Position numbers and translations under genes: made by a program. From Octopus sinensis (taxonomy: Eukaryota): a DNA stretch of 64,000 nt. This document shows positions 48,433 to 62,612 of the stretch, piece by piece; within the stretch, counting starts at the first letter, position 1, and each line of letters begins with the position of its first letter. The stretch lies in contig NC_043015.1 in assembly GCF_006345805.1 (NCBI RefSeq), positions 42,284,001-42,348,000 of the forward strand, given 5' to 3'. The notes beneath the pieces were generated by a model. The model was not told the DNA's origin, did no database searches, and saw only the letters and a program-made list of their open reading frames with translations.

Positions 48433-51216
48433 TTAAGCCCTTCGTTCCTTATAGATCCATAGGCTACAGGCAACGCTTCTTCCCTGTTCTCGATTCTGGG
48501 CTGTCTTTTTCTTTCACAAGTCTTCATGGTTTAGAATTGTTATCAATACTTCTGTAACTCTGCTATTTTCTTAGATAGAGGTGTTGGCTTGATACAAACC
48601 CATTTTTACCTCTGGGAAGAGGTAGTCCATTGTAGCCTGGCCTCTGTCTTCAGACCTGGTCCAGCATGGCAAGCTCTACCAGAAGCTCACGTTGTGTGTC
48701 CACCATAGCGCCACTGAGGCACACATACCACGACACTGCAACCAGGACTTGGACCCTGTGGTGGACACAGTACATTCTGTGTCGATGAACGGTGTGTGAG
48801 AGCTGGGAAAGTCATGTCCAGAAACACCATCAGCAAAGAATTCAAAGAGTAGGTAAGTGTTCAGCAAGGTTCAGTTCTGAGCTCCCTTTGATTTATTACT
48901 GAGTCTAGACTACAAACATTCAGAGTTTTAAGACTGGCTGTCTGTGGAAACTTCACTGCAGTAATGAAGACCTGGTTCCTGTAGTATAATTGAGGAATTA
49001 AAAGAAATTAAGGCCCCCAAAGAATATTTAGCAAAGACAAAAGTTTTAGCAAGCAAACATGATTGTGTGATTAAGAAGTTGGCTTCCCAACCACATGGTT
49101 TTCAATTTAGTCTTATTGTATGTCATCTACCATAACCCCAAGTCAACCAATGGTAGCCTTAATACACAAATAAAGAAAGTCTATCCTCCAATCCAGTGTT
49201 GAGCACTCTTACTCGTTAGTTGACATTTACGATGTATGTATGCATATGTGTGTGTACATATATATGTGTGTGTGTGTCTGTCTGTATGTATGTGTGTATG
49301 TATATATATTTCTAGGTTTGTAACACAAATTTATAAGCTATTACTGTGAATATCTAGACGAAAAAAAGGGCAATGAAACTGTTTTAAAAGAGGATTCACT
49401 AAAAGAGCTGTTGCTACTTCTCGTGAACCCTTATAAAAGGAAATGTGAGTGGAGTAGAGTGGGGTGAGATGAGGGTGGAGCACAGCAAGAGCAGCAGGTG
49501 TGGTTTGAACACCTACTTTGCAATGAAACTGCAGATACACTTTCCACAAACGAAGAAGAAGCACAACAGCAAGTGTGTGAACTATAAATGTTAGTCAGTA
49601 GGTTATACAACAGTTATCTCGTGTTGGTGGTGATGCCAGTGGGGGGTAGGTTTGTGTTTGTTTTTTAACAACTGTAAACATAAGAGGAATACAGGCAGGT
49701 TTATAAAAGAGACATGTAAACCTGCCAACCCAAACCCTCAAGTACTTCACCAATGACTAGATATTTCGAGAAGAGGAAGGGCAGGAGCAGCAACATATGA
49801 AGTTCTAACCAAATAATCTTAAAAGACAAAGAAAAAGACAAGAGTTTTGTAAATTCAAATGGCATGAAGAATATATTATCTAACATTTTGGAAGCTGTTG
49901 TCCACCATGAGATAAAAGTGGCCCCTTGTGGGTAATAAAAAAAATCAACCATGAGATAAAAGGCAAGAGCCTTAAACATTTGACTGTTACATAAATGTGG
50001 GTGTGGCTATGAGGTTAGGCAGTTTGCTTACCAGCCTCAAGGTTTTGGGTTCAGTCCAACTGCAATACAAAATGGTAAATAGGGACAGGGTATTGAGGAG
50101 GGTTGGTTGGGTAGGTAGGTTTGCAAGAGAAAGGAATGCGACAGATAGTAGAGCTGTGAGACATACAAAATGTCGTTCAGATTATGCAAAAAAAAATCAA
50201 CCCTGCTAGGATTTGAATTTGGAACCGAGAGACATAATACTGAATGCTAAAAGGTATCTGTTTAGTATCAGCTCTCTTATAATTAACCCTTTAGCATTTA
50301 AACTGTCCGGATCTGACCAAAATATTCTACCTGCTTTATATTCAAACTGACCAGATCTGGTCTCTCACACTTACCCTACAATACTAAATGCTCATATCAT
50401 TGAAATTTCAAAGCTACAAGATAATGCATAACCAATTGAAGTCCATGTGAAGAAACAAGCATTACATTTGACAGATTAATCTGAATGCTAAAGTGCTAAA
50501 CACTGAGGTCTTACAGAGAAATAAATGAGGTTTTGCATTTAAAGGGGAGAAGAAATAAGACGAACTACTTCAGTTGCTGATTAGCCCTAATTAAGTAGAG
50601 TTCATGCTCAAAGGTGTTCCAGGTCATACATAATCTATCTAGGACTCATTATCGAATGCACTAATGGTGTGGCAGGTGACTTGAGAATGATTAACAAAAT
50701 GCAAATACATAACCAAAACAGAATACCAGCATTTCTACGTATTACACACACATATATTATGCAGATTACTCGGTGGGGAATGAACTCAGAACAAATATTG
50801 ATTTCAAAATTTTGGCATAAGGCCAGCAAACTTGGGGGAGGAGTAAGTTGATTAGATCAACCCCAGTTCTCAACTGGTACTTATTTAATCAACCCCGAAA
50901 GGATGAAAGGCAAAGTCAACCCTGATGGAATTTGAACTCAGAATGTGCAGGCGGATGAAATGAAACTAAGCAATTTGCCCAGCATGCTAACGCTTCTGTT
51001 GGCTCACCACCTCAAAAGAGAAAATCAATGAAAAAAAAAGAAAAAACAAATAGGTGCAGGAGTGATTGTGTGATAAGAAGCTTGCTTCCCAACCACATGG
51101 TTCTGGGTTCAGTCCCATCACAAGCACCTTGGGCAAGTGTCTTCTACTATAGTCTCGGGCCGACCAAATCCTTGAGTGGATTTGGTAGATGGAAACTGAA
51201 AGAAGCGCATTGTATA

Positions 51217-51316
<100 letters not shown>

Positions 51317-52015
51317 TTGCATGTGTGTGTCTGTTTGTCTCCCCACCATTGCTTGACAACCGATGGTGGTTTGTTTACATACCCATAACTTAGTGGTTTA
51401 GCTAAAGAGACCGATAGAATAAGCACTAGGCTTACAAAGAATAAGTCCTGGGGTCGATTTGTTGACTTAAGGCGGTGCTCCAGCATGGCCACAGTCAAAA
51501 GACCGAAACAAGTAAAAGAAAGACCAAATATTACAAATCACTGTCCAAGGCTCAAACAATCCGGCCAGTCCATTCCACTTAAGATCTTTTAACAAAAGCA
51601 CAAAACCTCAAATTTGGGAAATGATGGGGTATAGCCAGTTATAGCAGCCCCAGTACTTAACTGGTACTTTATTTTATCAAATCTTGGAGGGGTAAAAAGC
51701 AAAGATGACTTCAGCAAGATTTGAACCCAGAACATAAAGGTGTGTAATGAAATACAGTAGAGCGTTACGTTTGGTGTCCTAAAGATTGAATTCTATTCTG
51801 CTAAGCTACGATGTAATCTCTGAGATGGGCTGAAGCTGTATGTTTTTGCGGGGGATGGGCACAGCTGGTTTGATCAACCCCACCTCCGCATGATTTTTAT
51901 CAACCGTGAAAGGAATGAAAGAGAAAGTCAACCACAAGATCAAAAAGAAGAACATGGGAATGAGGGGAAGTGCTGGGGGCTAAAAATAAAAACATTCAGT
52001 CTGATGCATTAACTA

Positions 52016-52017
<2 letters not shown>

Positions 52018-52048
<31 letters not shown>

Positions 52049-52160
52049 ATGATGGTGGTGGTGATGATGGTGATGATGATGGTGGTGGTGGTGATGATGG
52101 TGGTGATGATGATGATGATGATGATGATAATAATAATAATAATAATAGCAGCAGCAGCAG
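52018..52160. repeat. Compound trinucleotide repeat (GAT/GGT/AAT/AGC)
   Basis: Direct reading. Confidence 0.95.
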
Positions 52161-53890
52161 TAATTTCCCTTTGCATCTTCTATTCAGCAACGATGCACAT
52201 ACTGTATGAATAATTTATTCAGGTGTGCACATCTGTGAAACTGCATCACCAGATCAAACACGTGTGCAGCAAACCAACCTCAGAATTATGTGAATAACAG
52301 CAGAACCTAGATAACGAGCGTGAAGGTTTTAATTACGTTTGTGTTGCTGTTCTTAATGTTAGCAATGCACCATGTATTAAATAGGTGTCCTGAGAATACA
52401 AGGCCTTGTTCATTCCAGGTCACATTTCGGAAATCCACAAATATAAAGCACATGTGTGGGTGTGTGGTCAAGAAGTTTGCTTCCCAACCACGAGGTTTCA
52501 AGTTCAGTTCCATTGCATGGCATCTTGGGCAAGTGTCTTCTTCTGTGGTCCCAAGCCAACAAAATCCTGGAGCAAAATTGGTTGACAGGAACTAAAACAA
52601 GTCTTTTGTGTATATATGTTTGCTCCTTCTCAAGCTATGCCTGGCTAATAAGGGCCGGTTTCCCGGTTTCCTTGGCATATAGGTTCCCCACCTGGAGAGG
52701 ACACCAGTCCGTAGCAGGTGAGCTGCAAGATGCAGTAGGAAACAGTGAGAGAAAGTTGTGGCGAAAGAGTCAGCAGAAGTTTTGCTATTACCTTCTGTCG
52801 GAGCTACATGGAGCTTAGGTGTTTCGCTCATAAACACACACACATCGCCTGGTCTGAGATTTGAATCTCAGACCAGGCGATGTGTGTCAAGGGTGGCAGA
52901 GCGTGAAAAGGCGGTGGCTGTTGTTTAGCCTCAGGCCAGTTCAGATAGAGCAAACATAAAACCCGTGATCAAACACCATTCTAACCATTGCCAGAATCTT
53001 TTTTTCTTAAATAGTGTAACACAGACAATATCATCCAAGGTATCCTTTTTATAAAATGAAAAGACATGGTTTGAGAGAGAATTGGTTGCTATTTCTAGAT
53101 CAAGCAACCATGTAGGTGCTCTCCCTCACTCACACCGTCAACGAGGAATAGTCACTAAGACCCATGTGTGTGTGTGCATGTAAGTGCACATGCATGTACA
53201 CATCCATTCGTTTTGTTTAATGTGTTTTTTCCTGCCAGCACCACTCAGACAGCAGGTAATTAAAGTAGGATATTTACAACGGGATGCCCTTCCTGTCGCC
53301 AACCCATACCTACCCATTATGGGATTTCTTTCTTTTTCTAGTTGCAGAGGAATTCAAAAGCACCAATCTAACTAAGAATTTGTTGACAGGAAATATGAAC
53401 AACAGTCATTGGTTACATCAATCATGGACCTCCATGAAGATTCATAATTTTCCATGGGAAAGATACAACACCTGCTTTCTCATTGCTGTTGCTGGCTTAT
53501 TTAGTTTCCCTGTTAGGCACCTGCTTTCCTGAGCTTACCTTTGAGGCACAGGATCTATCCAAACCCTTAAACCTTTAACATTCTGCCAAATTTAATGCTT
53601 ACTTACTGACACTCTTTTGAATTAACTTTGAGAATTTTATGATTCAACTTAATTCTTAGGATGTCATTGTACGGCTGGTGCTAGAGGCCACATTTGGTTG
53701 ATTTGAACATAGTACCAATAGAATACTTTGGCCGGATATGGTTGGTTTAAATGCTTGAAGGTTAACGATATTGAATAAGACTTGTTCATGTGACATCAAA
53801 GCAAGTAAGCCTAAAAGACCCCTCGCCTCAGAATCCTGTATGTTTTATCTTCTGTATGTTCATCTTCACTTACTTGACCTACAACTGGAG

Positions 53891-54240
53891 TCTTCTTCTT
53901 CTTGTCTTGAGACAGCATTTACCCAGGGTGGGTTGTGCTGGCTTCATTCATCCTCAATGCTGCATCTCTCACAAACGCTGACCAGACCTGGCGATTTGAG
54001 GCTAACGACCGCATGATCTCCAACCACTCCTTATTCCAGTGGCAAACGCCGTAGACATGGGGGCCTAGGTTGGGTTCCAGATCAGCCATGACTGTCATCA
54101 GCCAGGTTTTACATTGTCCACCACATCGCTTTCGCCAACCCTGAAGGGGAGCTGGGGCAATTGCTTCGTATATGAATTCTGGTTGATGACGGAGGGCATG
54201 ACCCAGCCAACGCAGACGTCTTGTTAGGATGACTTGGAGT
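53891..54240 (-). mobile_element. RTE-clade LINE ORF2 3' end, frameshifted, (GAA)n tail
   Basis: TRRLRWLGHALR...GWRKRCGGQ / WLMTVMADLEPNLGPHVYGVCHWNKEWL...LASNRQVWSAFVRDA. Confidence 0.85.
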
Positions 54241-54749
54241 CCTCGACAAGAACTCCCACCCTGGGCCAGAAAGTAACCTAAGGGCAGTGGTAACTAGGGA
54301 GTAACTTCACACTCCCTAAAACTCCTAAACTGGAGCTTCACCACTGAATGCAGTCTAATGCTTCGCTTGAAACAAAGTCTTAGATTCACCATACTCTTGA
54401 AGTCTTCCACGTGTTTCAGCTTGTGAGCTGCAGCCATGTTGTGGCACGTATGCTTCTTATCGTTTATAGATTTGACAGGATTAATAAAGAGCCTTGATTA
54501 GTAATCATTAGTTGTATTCATGCAACATCTTGTAAGAAGCAAATCAATTCTATAAATGTTTCTCCAGTGCAGTAGAACAAGTGAGAAAGCCTGCTGGTCA
54601 TGTATTATACAAACACTGGACAGCGGTGGTGATGGCAGTTGATCTTTCCTATCAGACCAACAAAACTATATTTCCACTGGCAATATCTGTCGCAACTCCT
54701 AATAGAAGTGCCACTGTTGTTCGATGATGGGTCAAGATTTGAACTGCAG

Positions 54750-57700
54750 GTTCCACATAAAAAACACCCATGCCAGTGTCACATAGAAAAGTACCTGTGC
54801 TGGTGTCACCTAAAAAGCATCTGTGCCTGGTGTCACATAAAAAGCACCTGTGCCCGGTTCCACATAAAGTACCTGTGCTGGTGTCACATATAAAGCACCT
54901 GTGCCTGGTGCCACATAAAAAGCATCTGTGCCTGGTGTCACATAAAAAGCACCTGTACCCGGTGCCACATATAAAGCACCTGTACCTGGTGCCACATAAA
55001 AAGCATCTGTGCCTGGTGTCACATAAAAAGCACCTGTACCCGGTGCCACATATAAAGCACCTGTACCTGGTGCCACATAAAAAGCATCTGTGCCTGGTGT
55101 CACATAAAAAGCACCTGTACCCGGTGCCACATATAAAGCACCTGTACCTGGTGCCGCATATAAAGCATCTGTGCCTGGTGTCACATAAAAAGCACCTGTG
55201 CCTGGTGCCACATAAAAAGCATCTGTGCCTGGTGCCACATAAAAAGCATCTGTGCCTGGTGCCACATATAAAGTACCTGTACCCGGTTCCACATAAAGTA
55301 CCTGTGCTGGTGTCACATATAAAGCATCTGTGCCTGGTGTCACATAAAAAGCACCTGTACCCGGTGCCACATATAAAGCACCTGTACCTGGTGCCGCATA
55401 TAAAGCATCTGTGCCTGGTGTCACATAAAAAGCACCTGTGCCTGGTGCCACATAAAAAGCATCTGTGCCTGGTGCCACATAAAAAGCATCTGTGCCTGGT
55501 GCCACATATAAAGTACCTGTACCCGGTTCCACATAAAGTACCTGTGCTGGTGTCACATATAAAGCATCTGTGCCTGGTGTCACATAAAAAGCACCTGTAC
55601 CCGGTGCCACATATAAAGTACCTGTGCCTGGTGCCACATAAAAAGCATCTGTGCCTGGTGTCACATAAAAAGCACCTGTACCCGGTGCCACATATAAAGC
55701 ACCTGTACCTGGTGCCGCATATAAAGCATCTGTGCCTGGTGCCACATATAAAGCACCTGTGCCTGGTGCCACATAAAAAGCATCTGTGCCTGGTGTCACA
55801 TAAAAAGCATCTGTGCCTGGTGCCACATATAAAGTACCTGTACCCGGTTCCACATAAAGTACCTGTGCTGGTGTCTGCATATACTAAAGCATCTGTGCCT
55901 GGGTCACATAAAAAGCACCTGTACCCGGTTGCCACATATAAAGCACCTGTACCTGGTGCCGCATATAAAGCATCTGTGCCTGGTGTCACATAAAAAGCAC
56001 CTGTGCCTGGTGCCACATAAAAAGCATCTGTGCCTGGTGACACATAAAAAGCATCTGTGCCTGGTGCCACATATAAAGTACCTGTACCCGGTTCCACATA
56101 AAGTACCTGTGCTGGGTCACATATAAAGCATCTGTGCCTGGTGTCACATTAAAAAGCACCTGTACCCGGTCGCACATATAAAGCACCTGTACCTGGTGCC
56201 GCATATAAAGCAATCTGTGCCTGGTGTCACATAAAAAGCACTGTGCCTTGGTGCCCACATAAAAAGATCTGTGCCTGGTGCCACATAAAAAGCATCTGTG
56301 CCTGGTGCCACATATAAAGTACCTGTACCCGGTTCCACATATAAAGTACCTGTGCTGGTGTCACATATAAAGCATCTGTGCCTGGTGTCACATAAAAAGC
56401 ACCTGTACCCGGTGCCACATATAAAGCACCTGTACCTGGTGCCGCATATAAAGCATGTGCCTGGTGTCACATAAAAAGCACCTGTGCCTGGTGCCACATA
56501 AAAAGCATCTGGCCTGGTGCCACATAAAAAGCATCTGTGCCTGGTGCCACATATAAAGTACCTGTACCCGGTTCCACATTAAAGTACCGTGCTGGTTGTG
56601 TCACATATAAAGCATCTGTGCCTGGTGTCACATAAAAAGCACCTGTACCCGGTTGCCACATATAAAGTACCTGTGCCTGGTGCCACATATAAAAAGCATC
56701 TGTGCCTGGTGTCACATAAAAAGCACCTGTGCCGGTTCCACATAAAGTACCTGGGCTGGTGTCACATATAAAGCACCTGTTGCCTGGTGCCACATAAAAA
56801 GCATCTGTGCCTGGTGTCACATAAAAAGCACCTGTACCCGGTGCCACATATTAAAGCACCTGTACACTGGTGCCACATAAAAAGCATCTGTGCCTGGTGT
56901 CACAAAAAAAAGCACCTGTACCCGGTGCCACATATAAAGCACCTGTACCCGGTGCCACATTATAAAGCACCTGTACCTGGTGCCACATAAAAGCATCGTG
57001 CCTGGTGTCACATAAAAAGCACCTGTACCCGGCGTGCCACATATAAAGCACCTGTACCCGGTGCCTGCCACATATAAAGTACCTGTGCCTGGGCCAGGTT
57101 GCAACATATAAAGCACCTGTACTGGTGCCGCATATAAGCATCTGTGCTGGTGATCTGTTTGTCACATAAAAAGCACCTGTACCCGGTGCCACATATAAAG
57201 TACCTGTGCCTGGTGCCACATATAAAGCACCTGTACCTGGTGCCGCATATAAAGCATCTGTGCCTGGTGTCACATAAAAAGCACCTGTGCCTGGTGCCAC
57301 ATAAAAAGCATCTGTGCCTGGTGCCACATAAAAAGCATCTGTGCCTGGTGCCACATATAAAGTACCTGTACCCGGTTCCACATAAAGTACCTGTGCTGGT
57401 GTCACATATAAAGCATCTGTGCCTGGTGTCACATAAAAAGCACCTGTACCCGGTGCCACATATAAAGTACCTGTGCCTGGTGCCACATAAAAAGCATCTG
57501 TGCCTGGTGTCACATAAAAAGCACCTGTACCCGGTGCCACATATAAAGCACCTGTACCTGGTGCCGCATATAAAGCATCTGTGCCTGGTGTCACATAAAA
57601 AGCACCTGTGCCTGGTGCCACATAAAAAGCATCTGTGCCTGGTGCCACATAAAAAGCATCTGTGCCTGGTGCCACATATAAAGTACCTGTACCCGGTTCC

Positions 57701-58280
57701 ACATAAAGTACCTGTGCTGGTGTCACATATAAAGCATCTGTGCCTGGTGTCACATAAAAAGCACCTGTACCCGGTGCCACATATAAAGCACCTGTGCCTG
57801 GTGCCACATAAAAAGCATCTGTGCCTGGTGTCACATAAAAAGCACCTGTACCCGGTGCCACATATAAAGTACCTGTGCCTGGTGCCACATAAAAAGCATC
57901 TGTGCCTGGTGTCACATAAAAAGCACCTGTACCCGGTGCCACATATAAAGCACCTGTACCTGGTGCCGCATATAAAGCATCTGTGCCTGGTGTCACATAA
58001 AAAGCACCTGTACCTGGTGCCGCATATAAAGCATCTGTGCCTGGTGCCACATATAAAGCACCTGTACCCGGTTCCACATAAAGTACCTGTGCTGGTGTCA
58101 CATATAAAGCATCTGTGCCTGGTGTCACATAAAAAGCACCTGTACCCGGTGCCACATATAAAGCACCTGTACCCGGTGCCACATATAAAGCATCTGTGCC
58201 TGGTGCCACATATAAAGCACCTGTGCCTGGTGCCACATAAAAAGCACCTGTGCCTGATGCCACATATAAAGCACCCATGT
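54750..58280. repeat. 27-bp minisatellite (~130 monomers) with a 240-bp higher-order repeat, inside a family A SINE
   Basis: Monomer CTGGTGCCACATAAAAAGCATCTGTGC; 55141-55380 recurs almost exactly at 55381-55620 and 57551-57790; SINE body resumes at about 58290-58505. Confidence 0.96.
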
Positions 58281-58919
58281 TGATATCACGTAATAGCATT
58301 GTTGCTGATACCACATAAAAAAAAGCACCCAGTACTCTAAAAAGTGATTGGCATTAGGAAGGCCATCTATTATTAGAAACCATACCAAAACAAAAAATTG
58401 GAACATGGTGCAGCCCCCCTCCCCCTGGCTTGACCAGCTCCTGTCAAACTGTCCAACCCATGCCAGCATGGATAGCAGACATTAAACGATGACAATGATG
58501 ATGATGAACACACAGGATAGACACCCCAAGCCATCTTGTCCACCATTCTAACAATTCTATCAATACACTATTTTCTGGATTGATTATAACCTTTTTCATT
58601 GGGGGGACAAACACAGACACACAAACATATACATAAATACATACATACATCAGGCTTCTTTCAGTTTCCGTCTACCAAATCCACTCACAAGGCTTTGGTC
58701 GGCCTGAGGCTGCTACAGTAGAAGACACTTGCCCAAGGTGCCATGCAGTGGGACTGAACCTGGAACCATGTGGTTCGCCGAGGTCGACTTTGCCTTTCAT
58801 CCTTTCGGGGTCGATAAATTTAGTACCAGTTACTCACTGGGGTCCATGTAATCGACTTAATACCTATGTCTGTCCTTGTTTGTCTCCTCTATGTTTAGCC
58901 CCTTGTGGGTAATAAAAAA

Positions 58920-58952
<33 letters not shown>

Positions 58953-59571
58953 TACATATATAAAATGTACTATTTTGTTACTGGAAAGATCAATAAAAAA
59001 GTACTTCTCCTTTGTTCCAGCAAGAGATAAATATTCAATAAACACAGAATTTAAATGTCAAGCTATTATGGTATCAGCTTCATGCTCTGATAATGAAACA
59101 GTTGGTCTTATGTAGCATACCATGTACTGTTCTGCAGTCGTTCGGGCTGAAACATGTTTTACATGGAAGACTGGGAGCAAACAACCTCGCTTGAATGACG
59201 GTGATGCTCATTTACAGCCATCATGTGATGACTAGACAAGAGTACACATAAACACACAGACGCGCACACATATCCACCTAAAATTTTATGGTTAGGAAGC
59301 AAGCTACCTACCCATGCAGCCACGCCTACACCTATTATTATCATTATTATTATTATTATTATTATTACATAGCAAATTTATTGAAAGGTGGGTGAATGTC
59401 GGTAAAATGCCCAGTATGAACGGACCAATTCTGAGGTTACGCCAGTAAATAAAAAAAGGTAATATAAAAGAAGGGGCTCTCTACCCCTATTTGACCAGGC
59501 TCCCATGGCTTTTTCCACGTGTAACCTTTCAAAGTGCCTCCTCCCATTGCTTAAAGATATATAACATGAAA

Positions 59572-59844
59572 AATTTATGTTCTTAACACTAGCTGAATGG
59601 TAACTAAGTTATTCTACTAAATTCTTCGTTATATTTAAAATTAATTTAAGAAGCACAGAGCTTCTTAAATTAATTTTAAATATAACGAAGAATTTAGTAA
59701 AATAACTTAGTTATCATGAAGCTAGTGTTAGGAACATAAATTGTGACTAAGGTTTGGTGGAAGATTTTAATTCAAAACTTATGAAAACAAGACATTTGTA
59801 CTACAGAGCCAGAGGCAGTTTAAGCTGGGTTGGTATCAAAAGGG
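59572..59844. mobile_element. piggyBac-like MITE with a foldback-rearranged end
   Basis: Right end AGGG/TTAA; palindrome 59572-59742 with 83-bp arms and a 5-nt loop. Confidence 0.8.
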
Positions 59845-62105
59845 TTAAAAATATGGTGACTTTAACTCTTTCGTTTCCATATCTCTGTTTCTTTCAATTA
59901 ATTTTGATTATCACAAAGGATTCAGTAAAATGACTTAGTTATTTGTGCTACAGAGCCAGAGGTGGTTTCAGCCAGGTTGGTATCAAAAGAGTTAATGCAG
60001 GACTCTTGTTTTGTTCAAGACAGGTCAGAGGTTAGTATACAAATAGGTTTTTGTGACTGTGTGTGCATGTGTATTTATTGAATTATAATAGCTCCATGTA
60101 CGTTTCTGATTGAATGTTATTTAGCCCTGGGTCAGTTCACACTAGTTACACTTATGATCAACAGGGCTTTGGCCATGATCATGAAGGTTCTTTAGTTGGT
60201 TCATCTCTTTTAGAAATATCTGAAATCTTGTTGCAGTTGTTGTTGGTGTTTACACAAAATTAGTTTTTAAACATTGAATGGCTATGGAAGGGAAGTCCAT
60301 CAGAATAAATCGTAATCAAAGAAGTCCTTAGGTAAAAAAAAAAAATGGTTGAGAACCATTGACCTAGAATATACTTTGTAATTCCTGTTGCTTTAGACTA
60401 TACATGCAGTCTGCTCTGCTGTCTTCAATTTATAAGAATATGCTTGTCTTCTCTGCTGCCCCCCCGTCCCCCCACTCCATCAAGAATTCCTCAAGTAAGC
60501 TGATAAGTAAGATGTTAACGATATGCTAAAGGAACGGTTGTTGTTGTTGTCGACAAGGCAGAGTCATGAAGATTTTCTTTTTGTTTTCCCTCCATGTTTG
60601 AAATTCTCAGAAATCCTCTGAGACTCTTGAAAGGCTGCGTCGTAATGATTTTGTGATGCCAGAGAGGTAAAATGTAAGGCTGTGGTGCCGATGCTTTTTC
60701 CTGTCTTCCTTTCTTTCTTTAACAAGAAATTTAATGCAGTTTTTGTGGAGTTTTTTACTGAGATAAAACGAGGCTGTTTTTATTAATAAGCTACAAAAGA
60801 AAAAAAAAAAAGAAATATATCTAAATACTATAAAATACTATCAAAAATGTCTTTGTTTACCACTGGAGAACTAAAGATTGCAAACCTTCAAGCAATTTAA
60901 AAAGATCATCATTTTTTTTTTACATCCACTTTTCCCTGCTTGTGTGGGTTGGATGGAATTTGTTAAGGTGGGTTTTCATCACCAGGTTACTCACTTTTGC
61001 CAGCTGAGTGGATTGGAGCAATGTGAAATGAAGTGTTTTGCTCAAGAACACAACAGGTCACCCAGTTCAGGAATCAAAACCACAATCTTAGGATCATGAG
61101 TGCCCAACACCCCTAACCACTAAGCCATATGTGCTTCCTCAAAATATGAGTCGAGGGGTTTGTTGTTTGAGAAGGATACCCAAAGTGAAATAATTGTGGG
61201 AAAGAATGACTGGTTAAAAGGAAATTATTATCGGACATGCTGTATGAAGTATAGGTATCTGAGGTGTTGGTCAGCCCCTCGATTCATTTCCCAGCCTTGC
61301 TGTTTGACTTCATTTATCCCTTACACCTGTAATTTCTATCCATACGGAGAAACACCCACCTGGATACCAGTCTATAGTAAGAGACATAAGTGGTGTTCCT
61401 TTGAAGATCTCTTATTGGACTAACGGATTCTCATAGGATTTGTGTTCAAATATGCGCTGTTGGTGTTTCATTTTGTTATTTGGGCACCAATTTTATCAGA
61501 AACAGCTGTCACATCTACTTAAGAATACCACCTGTGTCTGTCCGCTGTGGACTACTAGCAGATTATCCAGGTAGGAGATTTATCTTTGATTTACTTAACG
61601 CTGCAAAATTGGAGACTAAAATGACAGGTATGACAGAGGGTAGATGAGGTGAAACAGCTTGGCTGGGACTTGAGAGTCTGTGATGTGGACTCGGACTTTC
61701 TGGGGGTTTGGTCAACACTTTAAGGCCTTCACACCGAATATTACAGTCTCCTAATTCCTTACCCCCCCTCCCCCGATTCTAAATGAGGCACAGTCATTAC
61801 GAAGTAGTTTAGAAGCTTGCTTTGCAATCACATACACATATACATAAACCTAGCGAACCAATGCTTTGTGAGTGAATTTGGTAGATGAAAACTGTGGGGA
61901 AGCCCATTGTGTACATGTATGTGTGTGTGTATACATGTATAGGCATAGGAGTGGCTGTGTGGTAAGTAGCTTACTTACCAACCACATGGTTCCAGGTTCA
62001 GTCCCACTGCGTGGCACCTTGGGCAAATGTCTTCTACTGTAGCCTCAGGCCGACCAAAGCCTTGTGAGTGGATTTGGTAGAGGGGAAACTGAAAGAAGCC
62101 CGTTG

Positions 62106-62136
<31 letters not shown>

Positions 62137-62612
62137 GTATGTGTGTCTGTATATGTTTGTGTGTCTTGACAACCAATGCTGGTGAGTTTACGTCCCTGTA
62201 ACTTAGCTGTTCAGCAAAAGACACCGATAGAATAAGTACTAGGCTTACAAAGAATAAGTCCTGGGGTCGATTTGCTCGACTAAAGGCGGTGCTCCAGCAT
62301 GGCCACAGTCACATGACTGAAACAAGTAAAAAGTAAAGTATGTATGTGTCTGTATATGTTTTTGTGTGTGTATACATGTATGTATGTATGTCTGCATGTT
62401 TGTGTATGTGTGGGTGTACATGTACGTGTATATCTGCATTTGTTTGTATGATGTCTCTTTGTGGTTGTTCGCCTCCCCCCTCCCCGTTTGCTTGCCGCCC
62501 AGTGTTGGTTTCTTTACATCCTTGTAACCTAGCAATTCAGCAAAAGAGACTGACGGAACAAGTGCCAGGTTTCAAAATAAGTTAACTGGGACCAATTTTT
62601 TTTCTCAACTAA

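Noticed and set aside
53874-53918. MLSQDKKKKTPVVGQ/gtaagt as the U2SURP start exon
   Set aside because: Phase fits, but the ATG and lysine codons come from the 3' UTR and (GAA)n tail of an RTE LINE; probably coincidental.
54652-58314. ORFs of 356-487 aa on both strands as confident CDS, or the array as CRISPR-like
   Set aside because: Openness on several frames and both strands follows from the stop-free monomer. There are no unique spacers or cas genes, and the context is eukaryotic. Kept only as a hypothesis in findings.
61430-61545. CDSCF...QQRIFEHKS as a GIY-YIG (Penelope endonuclease) remnant on the minus strand
   Set aside because: Needs stops and frameshifts and lacks the defining motifs; too weak without a profile search.
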